Source: Carcharhinus amblyrhynchos
Taxonomy: Eukaryota
Direction of reading: 5' to 3'
Assembly (NCBI GenBank): GCA_965287045.1
Contig: OZ336878.1
Coordinates: 34,906,001 to 34,970,000 of the forward strand
DNA: 64,000 nucleotides
Below, one piece after another: positions 1 through 12,222 of the stretch. The position numbers and the translations under genes were made by a program. A model generated the notes under the pieces. That model was given only the letters and a program-made list of their open reading frames with translations. It was not told where the DNA came from and did no database searches. The stretch's first letter is position 1; every line of letters starts with the position of its first letter.

Positions 1-251
1 CTGTGAAAATCCCCTCGTTGCCACATTCTGGCGCCTGTCTGGGTAGACTTAGGGAGAATTTAACATGGCCAATGCACCTAACCATCACGTCTTTCGGACA
101 GAGGGAGGAAACTGGAAAGTTTGGAGGAAACCCATGCAAATACAGGTAGAACAAGCAGACTCTGCACAGACAGTGACCCAAACTGGGAATTGAACCTGGG
201 TCACTGGTGCTGTGAGGCCGCAGTGCTAACCACTGTGCCACCGTGCCACCC
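1..251 (-). mobile_element. HE1-like V-SINE, alternative-tail variant (cut by window edge)
   Basis: Reverse complement of tRNA-derived head GTGGCACAGTGGTTAGCACTG, V-domain, then non-CR1 tail ...GTGGCAACGAGGGGATTTTCACAG. Confidence 0.85.
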
Positions 252-264
252 CTAGCAGAGAAAC

Positions 265-390
265 ACAGAAGGTCATGTGTTCAAGCCCTACTGAACTTGA
301 GCAGATAATCTAGGCTGACATACTCAATGCAGTGCTGAACCAGTGCTGAATTGTCAGCGCTGTTGTCTTTCAATGGATATGTTCAAGTTG
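265..390 (+). mobile_element. DeuSINE (SacSINE1/AmnSINE1-like) fragment
   Basis: ATAATCTAGGCTGACA...TGCAGTGCTGA...GTGCTG...GTCTTTC resembles the Deu-domain consensus as I recall it. Confidence 0.6.
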
Positions 391-1023
391 ATGGGAAGTC
401 AGCAGCTGATTGACTGACTTGGCTGCTTGTGGGATGTCCTGTGGCACCATGCTGCAGCCCAGAGGTTGTTGGGAATAGGGTTTGCAGGAGGTGGGTAGAG
501 AATGGTTGGGGGGGTGGGATTGGGGATGATTGCAAGGTGGTTGAAGGTCATGAGAGATTGACGGGAAGGACAGGAGGAGTCAGGTATTGGGGGATCTCAG
601 TGATCATGGGGGGGAGAGGGAGGAATTCATGCACAAAGGGGAGTAATATTATAAGGAAATAAATTCTGCTCCTCCTGATCCACAAGCAAAGCTATAAATT
701 CACTGCCCAGTCCTTTTCATCTCTGTTGTCCTGCTGCATTTCTGCATCCCAGGGAAACCTAGCCAATAAAGGTTAAAAATAAATGTTGAAATGAAGCATG
801 CAGTCTCTTTAGCAAATTTCAGCGACCAACCTACTCCCTTAGTTGTCCCCTCCCCGCCATTCTACCTTTGGTAAAATCTGGGTCCCAGGTGGTTGGGTCG
901 CTGTGTCAGATGTTTAATATTTTAAACTCCTGCCCGACTTAAACCCATCAATTAACGGAGGTTAAAATCACCCTTTCTGCTTTTATGCTGGTGTACGCCA
1001 TGCATCCATGTAAAGTCTAGACA

Positions 1024-1163
1024 GGGTCGGATTTTGGCCAGGATCTCCTGGCCCTGCTATGGTGGGACCTGCCATGCGGGGTGCAGTGGGCCAGCTAAAA
1101 GTACTTTGGAAGTACACTGGAGGATCTCAATGGCAGGCAGGCAAGGGGCAGAAAATCCCACCC
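1024..1163. mobile_element. Short non-autonomous DNA transposon (MITE, PIF/Harbinger-like)
   Basis: Terminal inverted repeats GGGTCGGATTTT...AAAATCCCACCC; family recurs about 10 times in the window. Confidence 0.6.
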
Positions 1164-1239
1164 AATATGTCTCACTGGTACAACCTTTCCTGCGTCATTT
1201 GGCGCTGTGAGAAACAAGGCGATAGGCATGTCTGCAGCC

Positions 1240-1420
1240 AGTATCCTCTGGCACCAGAGCACAAGCTGGTGATCTCACATTGTGGGGAACATCATCACCA
1301 CAAAGACTGCAGTAGTATCAAGCAGGCCCACAACCACTTTCTCAGAGCAACCAGGCATGGGGAATAAATACAGCCTTGCCAGCTTTGCCCACATCCTAAG
1401 AATAAATATTTAAAGAAAAA
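1240..1420 (+). mobile_element. 3' end of Jockey/CR1-group LINE (same family as 16408-17175)
   Basis: GACTGCAG...TCAAG...ACCACTTTCTC...AATAAAT...GCCCACATCC tail followed by A-rich end. Confidence 0.6.
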
Positions 1421-2170
1421 CCACTGAATGCAGGAGTGTTAGCAGGTCTGACCTTAACTCTTCATCTCCGAACAAATGCTTCAACAAGTCATTTCCATTT
1501 CCCAAACCTACCAGAATTTTGTCCTCTCTGGATGAATTTAGTGGAAATTAGTACATTTGTTTTCTAAGTTTGATTTATGACCGTCATCTAACTCAGTGAC
1601 CCACCAAGTCTGCTTTTCCCTCTTGTTTTCATATCACATTTTCCCTGCACCCATGGCCTTGTATGTGCTTACCATCAGCATTATGCATGTTGATGACAGC
1701 CTTGCCAAGTCAACAGATGTTCTTTTCCACTGAAAATCTGATGGCCGTAATTTCCTTACTACCATTGCTCAGATCACCTACAGTTTTCCCAAAGAGATGG
1801 CTTTCACAGAGCTTATCTTTTTCTTGTTGTAAGAGAAAGATCAGTGATTTTTAAAAATAAATTAATAGGGCCATTGCCCAGGGCAGGAAAACAAACCAGA
1901 ACTCCTCTTTAAACAATCGTAAACCTCTCTGTGTAAATACTAACTTCACGTGGGACTGTGTGTTCTGAAAACATGAGGGGCTGACATGGGCTCCAGTTCC
2001 AAGTGCTTTATTGAAACTTGACTGTCTGCCAAAGTTTAATGTCTAACTTTTCTATGGAGCCCACATACTGGTTTTTATTCTGTTTAATTCTTTTTACAAG
2101 GGACAAGCCAATGTAAAAATATAGGTTTTCCATTTAGTTGCAGCGTAGTATGTTAAGTGATAAAAACAAT

Positions 2171-2339
2171 GGCTGAAATTTTCTGGCTGCTCACGCCAGC
2201 GAGATCCTCACGTCCCGCAAACATCACACCCCCGCTGTGGTTTTCCCTCTGGCAAGAGGTTCATTTGATGGGAACCCCTTTGACAAGAACACCTCCAGTA
2301 CCGCAAAGCATGCGGCGACTCGCGTGTAAAATCTCACTC
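2171..2339. mobile_element. MITE, PIF/Harbinger-like
   Basis: TIRs GGCTGAAATTTT...AAAATCTCACTC with 3-bp AAT direct repeats on both sides. Confidence 0.65.
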
Positions 2340-4819
2340 AATATGTTCCACAATGAACATGTTGAGTATTTTCTAAAAAAGGAAAATTTAATAGCGTGCA
2401 CTTTCAAAAGAAATTATATTAAAATCTGTGATTTATAGTCCCTCTGTTATTATATACATAAGATAATAAAGTGCCTGTGCTACGCTACATACTTCAAGTG
2501 CTTTAATAAAATCCTCCACAATAGTTGGTTCAGAGTGATTCCACCACAGTGAATGCAAAAAGGCAGAAAATGATATGTAGCATTGATAAACTACTTGACA
2601 TTTCTGAAGCGAAACGCAGATGATATTCTTTCGAAAGGCTTTTTAAAGTGGCATTGTCATGTCATCAAGGAAATGTGGAGGTGAGTAATAATGATAATAG
2701 CTTGGAATGCTGCAGAAAATTGTTAATGACCTTGGTATCCAACTCCACGTCAATCCAGGCACACAATGCATTCTTTTTCTGGAACGCAGTTTCTGTCTCA
2801 GCCCATTAGATGCTTATTTTAAAAATACTTGCATTACACTCTTCCAAACAACCTCAATTAAAGAAAAATGCTTGCAGATTGGTGATCTATCTCCTTGTTG
2901 GACACTGCCTAGAAATGTTTTATTACACTCAGGAATTTTTAACTCATGAGATATTAATTTTGCTGAACACGTTCCTTTTCATCAAAAAGAGAAGCAATTT
3001 AAATCCTCTATGATTTAATTATTGAGATGTTCTGGTAAGCAGTGAAAAGATTGCACAAAGTACAATATGCAAGCGTGGTCATTTTGCACTGCAAATATAA
3101 GCATTAGAAAGGCTTCACTGAGGAACTGCAAAGGATAAGTTTAGATTGAGCTGTGAACAGGGATATGTAAACTAAATGTATTCTCATTAGAAGTTTAAAG
3201 TGAAATCAATATTTGTCCTCATTTTCCTCACTTCTTTTCCTCAAACTGTTAACTTATAGGCCAAAAATACTGAAGTGTGCAATCAACGTTATGGTAACTT
3301 ACTCGTGTGGCCATTCTTCATATCAAACTTACATGTGAATGCTGGCAAGGTATTTCATTGTTCCATTTGCAATACATACATTACTTCCAAGGCTGGGATT
3401 AGCCAACTCAGAACAATGTGAAAATCAGACCGAGTGCATCCTGAAATGGACAGGACTTTGTGAAAATACATGGGGCAATACCTTCACTGCCTTAACCACG
3501 CAAACTCAAATTGTTAAAATACAGAACAAATCACAACATTGGATGTGTAACAGCAATTTTATACAACATCAGACTAAGCTAAACAGGGCATTCAAAGTAC
3601 GCGGACTTGACTGTATATAACCAGTTAGTAAAATATCCAATGGTATCCTTAAATAAGGATAGTGGACAATTTCTGATTAAATATGGAATACAGCAATAGG
3701 TTTTTAAAAAATAGTGTAAGTAAGTAGTTCCAATTCAAAATCTTGATGGGGTATTTCGGTACAGATGAATGACATTTCCCAATTCTTGTCTTTTTATGTT
3801 CATTAATATCTGGAAACTACCGTCTTCATACAATGGTATAAATTTTATGAAGTGCCATTGTTTTACAAATACAATATGCTCGAGCACCAAAGAAGCAGCA
3901 AGTCAACTGGATTGATAAAACTCCCATTTCATGCTGCAAAGTACAGATGCCCAGCTAATCAATTATATGGAACATCATAATACTGGCTATAACACTCATA
4001 GGCTCTAAGATTGATCTGCATTGATCTTGGCATCAATCATATTGGGAGAGAAATGTAGTCATCTCAGCCAAAAGAGAATAAAGTGAGTGTTAGATCAATG
4101 ATTACGTTGAAGGCTGTGAAAGTTGATGAAAGGTCAGCACTGCTGAAACAGATCCATCCAACCAACCAATCAATCCCCCAAAATTCTTTATTCTCCGAAG
4201 GAAACCATAGCAACCATTTCCTGAGGCAGAACTCAAACAATCTTTGGAGCTACTTTACTCATGCTGATGGCTAATTTCCCAATGTAAACTCAGTAGCTTG
4301 TTTAAAAAAACAATTCTGGTATCTTTATTTGTATAAATCATTTTAAGTCTCAGCTTATTCCACTGTCCTTCACAATGTTTCGAATAAGGATGGTTTCCCC
4401 AGGGCATTGCATGTGCTAAGTGAAGCTCAAGTTCAGTCTTCAGATAAAGTGGCGTTAGAGGATGGGATTTAATTACATGTGGTTGAACAAATTTTAACTT
4501 CGCGCTTTTTGTCCTTGTATAATGCTTGTAGATTAATTGAATAGCAAAACCTGGCTGCAGTACAGGCATTTTTCTGTAGTACAGGCATTAGATAAGATGT
4601 GCAAATACAGAACCATGACTGGTAGGATGATATAATTAACGCGCAATAGATTTGTATAGGAGGTTTCTATTACAATACGGGCAGAGGAATTTATGTAAAA
4701 AGCTGACAATAGGATACAAGATTTCATAGGTCAGAATTGGATGCGGACATAAGGGCCCAGAATTTCCTGGAATTTGGATTTGAATATACTATAGTAAGCA
4801 CAATTAGCCAGTGATTTGT

Positions 4820-4998
4820 TGACTGTTGGAAAAACTCAAAGTCCTTTAACGAAGGAAATCTGTCATCCTTACCTGGTCTGGCCTACATGTGACTCCAGAT
4901 TCACAGCAATGTGGTTGACATTCAACTGCTCTCCAAGGGCAACTAGGGGAGGCCAATAAATGCTGCCAGCCACGTCCCATGAATGAATAAAACAAAAT
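4820..4998 (+). mobile_element. 3' half of tRNA-derived SINE (family of 9830-10144)
   Basis: CTGGTCTGGCCTACATGTGACTCCAG...AAGGGCAACTAGGG...AATAAATGCTG...CCCATGAATGAATAAAA. Confidence 0.7.
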
Positions 4999-5087
4999 AG
5001 TGCTGAATTCAAATGAGGCTCAAGGAATTCTACACAAAACTCTCACTGCCTACTAAGAGCACATTTAATGCACTTACTTTGCACTAA

Positions 5088-5235
5088 GGGGTGGCACAGT
5101 GGTTAGCACTGCTGCCTCACAGTGCCAGGGTGACTGTCTGTGTGCGGTGTTCTGCACGTTTTCCCCATGTCTGCATGGGTTTTCTCCCAGTGTTTTGGTT
5201 TCCTCTGAAAGAAGTGCATTGGCTATGCTAAATTT
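5088..5235 (+). mobile_element. HE1 V-SINE, internally deleted fragment
   Basis: GTGGCACAGTGGTTAGCACTGCTGCCTCACAG head and V-domain. Confidence 0.8.
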
Positions 5236-5639
5236 TAAATTTAATCCAAGATTTAAGAAGCTATGCAGCTTTATTTGTATCAAATAAGCAACTCAATATT
5301 GGCAAGACATGCACCATAAAATTCTGAATCCTGTCACAATAATTCAGATAATTCTTCACATTCTGGACACAGTTAGCCATTGCGTGTAAAAACAATTCAC
5401 ATTATTTATATTTTTTAAATCATTCTGATCGTCTTTTTAGCCAAAAGGGTTGAGATGAGAAAACAAGCACACACTTCAGGAAATTTGCAACCAGTATTGC
5501 CTTGGTGGCAAAGCAGTGAGGCTGTTATAATTAACTTTTCATTGTTTTCCTGGAGCAACATTAAAAAGTCCCAGGTAATCATGGTGTGGCAGGATTAATG
5601 ACAGAATGCAATCAAGCTATAGGGCTCATAGGGTGATAT

Positions 5640-5958
5640 AGAGGTATGGTGGTTAGTACAGCTGCATCACAATGCAGGGACTTGGTTTCAACTCTGGACT
5701 GGGTCACTGTCTGTGGGATTTTGCACTGTTTTCCCTGTATCTGTGTGGGTTTCCTCTGGGTGCTCAGGTTCCCTCCCACACTCCAAAGATGTGTGGGTTT
5801 AATTGATTGGCCATGCTAAAATTGCCCCTTCGTGTAAGAGGGCTAATGGGGTAAATATGTAGGGTCACTGGGATAGGGTCAGGGTGAAATTGCTGTCGGT
5901 ACAGGCCAGATGGGCTGAATGGCCTCCTTCTGCACTGTAGGGATTCTATGATTCCATG
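5640..5958 (+). mobile_element. HE1 V-SINE, near full length
   Basis: tRNA head, V-domain, CR1/HER1-type tail GGGCTGAATGGCCTCCTTCTGCACTGTAGGGATTCTATGATT. Confidence 0.85.
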
Positions 5959-6483
5959 AAGCCAGAATTGCTGGGGATGAGTTGGAAAACTAAGCTAATG
6001 TTACAGATGCACTACTGCAATGGTACATTTGAGATAGAATTCTAGATATATTGTAATAATGAAGGTAAAAAGCCCACCTCTTTGTTCAGATTGAATTTAG
6101 ACTGGACCCAAACTATTCTGTGCCAGAATAAACACAATTAAATTGTTCCCAATTTCAAACATTCCAATCACTGGAACTGATTTCATGTCAGAATCAATTC
6201 AGAGGCAGTGAAGAGTTGCTGATTTTATTTCCAAAACTCAACCCTACTGTTTCCAGAATCCCTTGATTCCCCTTTCTTATTCCACAAGCTAGCAGGAAAT
6301 TAAACTGAACATTCAATTGACCCGTTTTAGGAGAATTATTCTTTTCAAGTTGCCATTTTGAGAGTTAGTAGTTAAAAAAGGTCAACTCCACTTAAACACC
6401 CAACATGCATTTGACTTCCAAAATTGAATGGTTACAGCATAAATGCAGTTTAAGGGAGGACGAAGTTGTAGTTATACAACTGA

Positions 6484-6674
6484 GAGTGGGATTTTCCAGT
6501 CCTTACCACTGGCAGGATTTTCCAGTCCCACTGAAGCTGACCCCTACCACGGGTTCCCCAGAGGGGTGAGTATGCAAATTATCATTGACTTCAACGGGAC
6601 TAGAAAATCCCACTGGCTAATGGTGAACCACCTCTGGCGCCAGGGGAAGGTGGGGGGGCTGGAAAATTTCGGCT
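6484..6674. mobile_element. MITE, PIF/Harbinger-like
   Basis: TIRs GAGTGGGATTTT...AAAATTTCGGCT. Confidence 0.55.
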
Positions 6675-7131
6675 GGAGTGTGACCTCCGATGATCATTAG
6701 CTAAAATCTTTGAAAGAGACTTGCAAAACAAACATGGTCTGAATTCTAATTCACAATGAATGACAACGGCTAACTACAAAGATGGCTGGTTGAAGTGTCA
6801 TTCTTCTGGTCTTGAGCAGTTTATTAGTATTTTTTTCTTCTTGATAAAATGGTTCTCCCAGTACAATTCTGTGTACTCAGCAGATTAACTCTGAAAGTTA
6901 AATATTCAGTTTACATTGCAGCAAACATAAGATCACATTCAGTAGTACAAAGTCAGGCTGACCTAAATTGAAAATGATCCCTCAGGGGAGGCTGCCAAGT
7001 GGCAGTGGATAGTTTTCAGTCACATGCCTCTCCAGTATATCAACCATATATGATTTGCAGCAGGTTGCTTGTATGATTGACATTAATCCAACTTCTGCAC
7101 CTACCTATTTTGCAACCAGTTTGAGACTTGG

Positions 7132-7318
7132 GAGAACACAAGAATTAGGAGCAGGAATAGACCATTGAGCCCCTTGTTCCTGCTCTATCATTCGGTAAGA
7201 TTATGGCTGATCAGAATGTGGCCTCAACTTCACTTTCCTATCTGCCTTCCACAATACTTGATTTCCTTGTTAAGCAAGAGCTCAGCTTCGAATATATTCA
7301 ATGATCCAGTCTCCACTG
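7132..7318 (-). mobile_element. CR1 LINE 3' end, degraded
   Basis: AGGAGCAGGAATAGACCATT...GATTATGGCTGATC resembles the 3' UTR of the CR1 at 19250. Confidence 0.7.
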
Positions 7319-8067
7319 TGCGGCCAAATTCCCCTCCAAGTTGATTTTCAAGTTTGCTGATAACACTACCATAGTGGGTCAGATCTCAAACAATGATGAG
7401 ACAGAGTACAGGAATGAGATAGAGAACCTGGTGAACTGGTGCGGCAACAAAAATCTCTCCCTCAATGTCAACAAAACGAAGGAGATTGTCATCGACTTCA
7501 GGAAGCGTAAATGAGAACATGCCCCTGTCTACATCAATGGGGATGAAGTAGAAAGGGTTGAGAGCTTCAAGGTTTTAGGTGTCCAGATCACCAACAACCT
7601 GTACTGGTCCCCCAATGCCGACACTATAGTTAAGAAAACTCACCAACACCTCTACTTTCTCAGAGGACTAAGGAAATCTGACATGTCAGCTATGACTCTC
7701 ACCAACTTTTACAGATGCACCATAAAAAACAATCTGTCTGGTTGTATCACACTTGGTATGGCTCCTGCTCCGCACAAGACCACAAGGAACTATAAAAGGT
7801 CGTGAATGTAGCCCAATCCATCACACAAACCAGCCTCCCATTCATTGATTCTGTCTACACTTCCCACTGCCTCGGCAAAGCAGCCAGCATAATTAAGGAC
7901 CCCATGCACCCCGGACATTCTTTCTTCCACCTTCTTCCGTTGGGAAAAAGATACAGGAGTCTGAGGTCACGTACCAATCGACTCAAGAACAGCTTCTTCC
8001 TTGCTGCTGTCAGACTTTTGAATGGATTTACCTTGCAGTAAGTTGATCTTTCTCTACATCCTGACTC
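7319..8067 (+). mobile_element. Rex1/Babar LINE, RT C-terminal part, disabled
   Basis: Translates [31 protein letters not shown]...LNVNKTKEIVIDFRK and ...TNRLKNSFF; contains stops and frameshifts. Confidence 0.9.
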
Positions 8068-8070
8068 TTT

Positions 8071-8196
8071 GGGTGGGATTCTCTGGCCGCACTCACATCA
8101 AGGCCAAAAACTCCTGCCTGAGGTCAATGGGTCTTTTCATGGTCTGCGCCCGCCCACTATAATTCGTGTGGCAAGCGGGACGGAAATATTCCGCTC
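8071..8196. mobile_element. MITE, PIF/Harbinger-like
   Basis: TIRs GGGTGGGATTCT...AATATTCCGCTC, TTT on both flanks. Confidence 0.6.
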
Positions 8197-8374
8197 TTTA
8201 TGCCTTCCTGACAGTTACTTTCCCACCCACCTTTATGTCATCAGCAAATTTAGCTACCACATATTTGATCTGGTTTATTTCCAAGCTCAATTTAATAGTA
8301 AAGTGTTAATGGCTGGAATGGTCTCCCCTCTGATTAGTTTGGCAATTCTAACGACAATAATCTCTATTAAGGGA

Positions 8375-9130
8375 AAGAATAATCTCTCCCTCAATGTCAA
8401 CAAAATGAAAGAGATAGTCATCAACTTCAGGAAGCGTAGTGGAGGACTTGCTCTTGTCTACGTCAACGGGGGCAAAGTGGAAATGATCAAGAGCTTCAAG
8501 ATTTAAGGTGTCCAGATCACCAACAGCCTGTCCTGATCCCTCCATGCCAACACTACAGTTAAGAAAGCCAAACAACGCCTCAACTTTCTTAGGAGGTGAA
8601 GGAAATTTGCCATGTCTGCTACAACTCTCACCAACTTTTACATATGCATCACAGAAAGCATTATTTCTGGTTGTTTCATAGCTTGATATGGCTCCCGCTC
8701 TATGCAAGACTACAAAAAATTACAAAGGGTCGTGAACAAAGCCCGGTCCAACATGCAAACCAGTCTCCCATCCATTGATGCTGCCTACACTTCCTGCTGC
8801 CTCAAAAAAACAGCTAGCATGATCAAGGATCCCATGCACCCCAGAAACACTGTCTTCCATCTTCTTTTGTTGGGAAAAAGATACAAAAATCTGAGAATAT
8901 GTACCAAGTGACCCAAGAAGAGCTTCTTGCCTGCTGCCATCAGACTTTTGAATGGAGCTATCTCGTAGTAAGTCGATCTTTCTCTATACCCTAGCTCTGA
9001 CTGTACACTACATTCTGCGCTCTCTCCTTTTCTTCTTGATGAACAGTATGCTTTGTCTGTACAGTGCACAAGAAACAATACTTTTCATCGTATACTAACA
9101 TATGTGACAATAATAAATCAAATCAAATCT
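8375..9130 (+). mobile_element. Rex1/Babar LINE 3' fragment with intact tail
   Basis: NNLSLNVNKMKEIVINFRK RT segment; ends TGTGACAATAATAAATCAAATCAAATC. Confidence 0.9.
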
Positions 9131-9429
9131 CTTAGACACATCTCACTAACCATCAAAAAAGCATAGAGCATAAAAAATTGCACTCTTTTGCATTTTATTT
9201 CACCACTTTTACTCATTAATGATAGAAATACTGCTGAAAGGACAAAAGTTTGTTTAAATGTGCAGAGTAGTAGGAGGCAAATGAAGAAGTGTCTAGGAAT
9301 ATTTCAAACAGGGGATCATTAAACAGGGCTGAGACATGCCACTCAAGGATTACAGGCTGAAATTTTGATTTATTTGATTACAATCACACAACAGAGACAG
9401 ATGTGAGCAGAATTGATCCCTCTGTTTAA

Positions 9430-10260
9430 AACTTGGGGATCTTGATGCAGAGGGTGTATCAAAGGAGAATAGTTTTGAGGTCTGTCGGCCATTCATCAGC
9501 AATGTCACCAAAGATGGCACAGTCTTCCTGACTAAGCCCAACGCATTCTGTATACTTGGCCACACATGAGGGTCCAGTGCTATCAGGATCAAGGTGAAGA
9601 TGTGTGTCCAGTTCCTCACTGACGCACAAGTGTTTTCCTGGGGCCCAATAAGCTTGGGATGAAACTACATTTGGTGGTACAACCCCCTTAAGGGATGTGG
9701 CATATGAAGCACTGTTGAACCATCATTATTTGTATTTGCTCTTCTGGTGTGCCTCAACTGGGAAGCAGACTTTTCCTGAAGGTGCAAGTATCAGCAAAGT
9801 CAGGTCAAGGTGTTTCTCTGCCTATATTTCTTTTTTATTCATTCTTGGGCATCACTGGCTGGCCAGCATTTATTGCCCGCCCCTCATTCCCTGAGGACAA
9901 TTGAGAATTAACCACATTTATGTGGTTCTGGAGTCACATACAGACCAGACCAGGACATTAGTGAAAAAGATGGGTTTTTCCAACAATTGGCAATGGTCTT
10001 CAGTCTTAATTCAGATATTTTTTATTAAATTTAAATTCCATCATCTGCCCTGGTGAATTCAAACCCGGGTCCTCAAAACATTAGTTGAGTTTCTGGATTA
10101 ATGGTCTAGTGATAATGATAATACCACTAGGCCATTTCTCTCCCAATAGAATGGTCTTCATTTGAGTCAGCAACTTTGGTTAAACTCCCACCCTGTGAAA
10201 ACTGTGCACACTCTCTAGCCAATGCCCCTCTTCCACAGGAAAAGTGATTTGGATGGTGGC
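9430..10260 (-). mobile_element. Possible highly decayed ERV/LTR gag-pro remnant (interrupted by a SINE)
   Basis: Degenerate zinc knuckle HFSCGR(GHW)AREC at ~10203-10247 upstream of protease-like VTLLMNGRQT..FDT..ASRS at ~9440-9515. Confidence 0.35.
9830..10144 (-). mobile_element. tRNA-derived SINE sharing its 3' tail with the LINE at 16408-17175
   Basis: Head GGGAGAGAAATGGCCTAGTGGT...GACCCGGGTTTGAATTC (A/B boxes); tail GGGCAATAAATGCTGGCCAGCCAG...GAATGAATAAAAAA. Confidence 0.75.
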
Positions 10261-10829
10261 CCTTGCAAATGCCCAATTGTTAAGTAAAATGCACGTACCT
10301 ACTGTGAGAACAGGTTTCCTTTAGTTTGTCCATGTATAGGTCCTGGTGGAAGTACAGTTATTGTTAAAATGCATTAAGGGGCTGTTGGCCCTTCAGTAAT
10401 GTTCTTCACCCTAATTTTGCAAACTGTTTCGAATTTTTAAAATAATACTCAAGTTCACCTCTTTACGTGGTCTGATCTGACCACCAGCAGCTATCAAGAG
10501 AAGCGAAGATAAAAGTACTGATAGGACCCGCCACCAAAATAAACCAATAACTAGAGTTAAATTTGATACAAAAGAAATAAAGATAAAATATTGATCCAAC
10601 AACCATCCTTCTAGCTTCAAATCATCAGGTACCAAAGGCCTCCTATATCTACATTTGTGGGTAAGGATTATTCTGTAAACCAGCTCCCAACACAGCTCAT
10701 GAATTTGGCCCTAATTTTCTTAGTTGACGCATGATTCCTTATAGCTTGTGCAGCCTCGAGGAATTGCTCAAATATCCCACGTAGAAAATCAGGACTTGCA
10801 AAGTTGGGGCCATAGCCTCTGTTACAACT

Positions 10830-11118
10830 TAAAGTTTATTTATTAGTCACAAGTAGGCTTACACTAACACTGCAATGAAGTTACTGTGAAATTCCCCTAG
10901 TCGCCACACTCCAGTGCCTGTTTGGGTACACTCGGAGAGAATTTAGCATGGCCAGGGCACCTGACCTGCACATATTTGGACTGTGGGAGGAAACCTGAGC
11001 ACCTGGAGGAAACCTACGCAGACAGGAGGGAGAACATGCAGACTCCACACAGACGCAAGCTGGGAATCGAACCAGGTCTCTGGCACCGTGAGGCAGCAGT
11101 GCTGACCAGTGTGCCACG
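10830..11118 (-). mobile_element. HE1-like V-SINE, alternative-tail variant, near full length
   Basis: V-SINE head and body plus tail TTTCACAGTAACTTCATTGCAGTGTTAGTGTAAGCCTACTTGTGACTAATAAATAAACTTT. Confidence 0.9.
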
Positions 11119-12222
11119 GTTAACATTTACTGCAACTGCCACTGTAACTACAATAAAAACTTGATTTAATGAGCACACTGTTCCCATTTGTTTCAGTCTG
11201 ATAACTTCTGAATATGGCAATATGTCCCCTTTAAGAGCCCTGTAAACATTGTAGCGCACCAGGTTTTATTGCAGGCCTCAGGCTAGTTTCTAATCAAGCT
11301 TTTTTTGGCCTGTCTTAAAGTGTTATATCCCATTGTAAACTGAGTGCAATTTGTTGATTTAAGGCCGCTGAACACTGATAAGAATCAGGTCCTTGGATTA
11401 CGAGAGTGACAGATGAGAGAATCGACACCTAACCATTATTAGAATGTAGGTTTTGGGAGCCAACACAGCACTTTGTAGTGTGCTGCAACAAATACCTCAT
11501 AACTGTAGACCTCTTAACCTGTGACAAATCTTTACGAGGGTAAAAACACTCAAGGGACAAAGACGAGACTATTTGCTGGTGCTGAGGGGCTACTAAATCC
11601 CCAAAAAGAGTTTAAAAAAACTTTTATTAAAACTCCATTGAACTAAAGACAGACAACAACGTATGTCAATTTAACACAAATAATGATACTGCCCACGTGT
11701 TAAATTTGGGCGAATTGAAAGGTAACGCATGCCAGCCATCACATGTTAGGATTTTTAAACTATTTTTTTCAAAGAAAGGATTTGGATTTCAAGCAGTGAG
11801 TCTCTGAATCAAAGTTTGTTCATACAAGATTTGAATTAATAAAAGCACTTGGCCAACAGGTGGCTAATATGTTAATAAATGTTGTTTGCTCACAAACTGT
11901 AAATAATAAGCAATTTGTTAGTCTGATTTGGCACTTGGTAAACTTCTCACACCCTTAGGGTTTGTAAATGCCAAGGCTCAGGCAATCAGCAGAAGGGGTC
12001 TGGCATCGGTCCTCCAAATGGATTGTGCAAAAACAAGGACACAGAGACAATCATGCTTTTTTTAGAAAAACAAAACTGGTCAGGTACTGAACACAAAGGT
12101 GTGTGGCCAAGCTTTACCCAGACTCAGAAGATCGTAGCAGATCAGTTCGATGTTGCCTACGTGAGTGAAGATAAGAGTTCTTTCAGAAACCAACATACTA
12201 GAACATATTGTGGGCAAAGTGC

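Noticed and set aside
2581-2680. Plus-strand open frame ending at a strong donor (ag|gtgagt)
   Set aside because: No pyrimidine tract at the acceptor and no recognisable peptide.
4055-4078. Short U2-like word (minus strand CTTTTGGCTGAGAT)
   Set aside because: A ~14-nt match without the hairpin units of the 31.4-kb element; compatible with chance.
8069-8506. 145-aa ORF
   Set aside because: Chance read-through of a MITE, a CR1 scrap and a Rex1 fragment.
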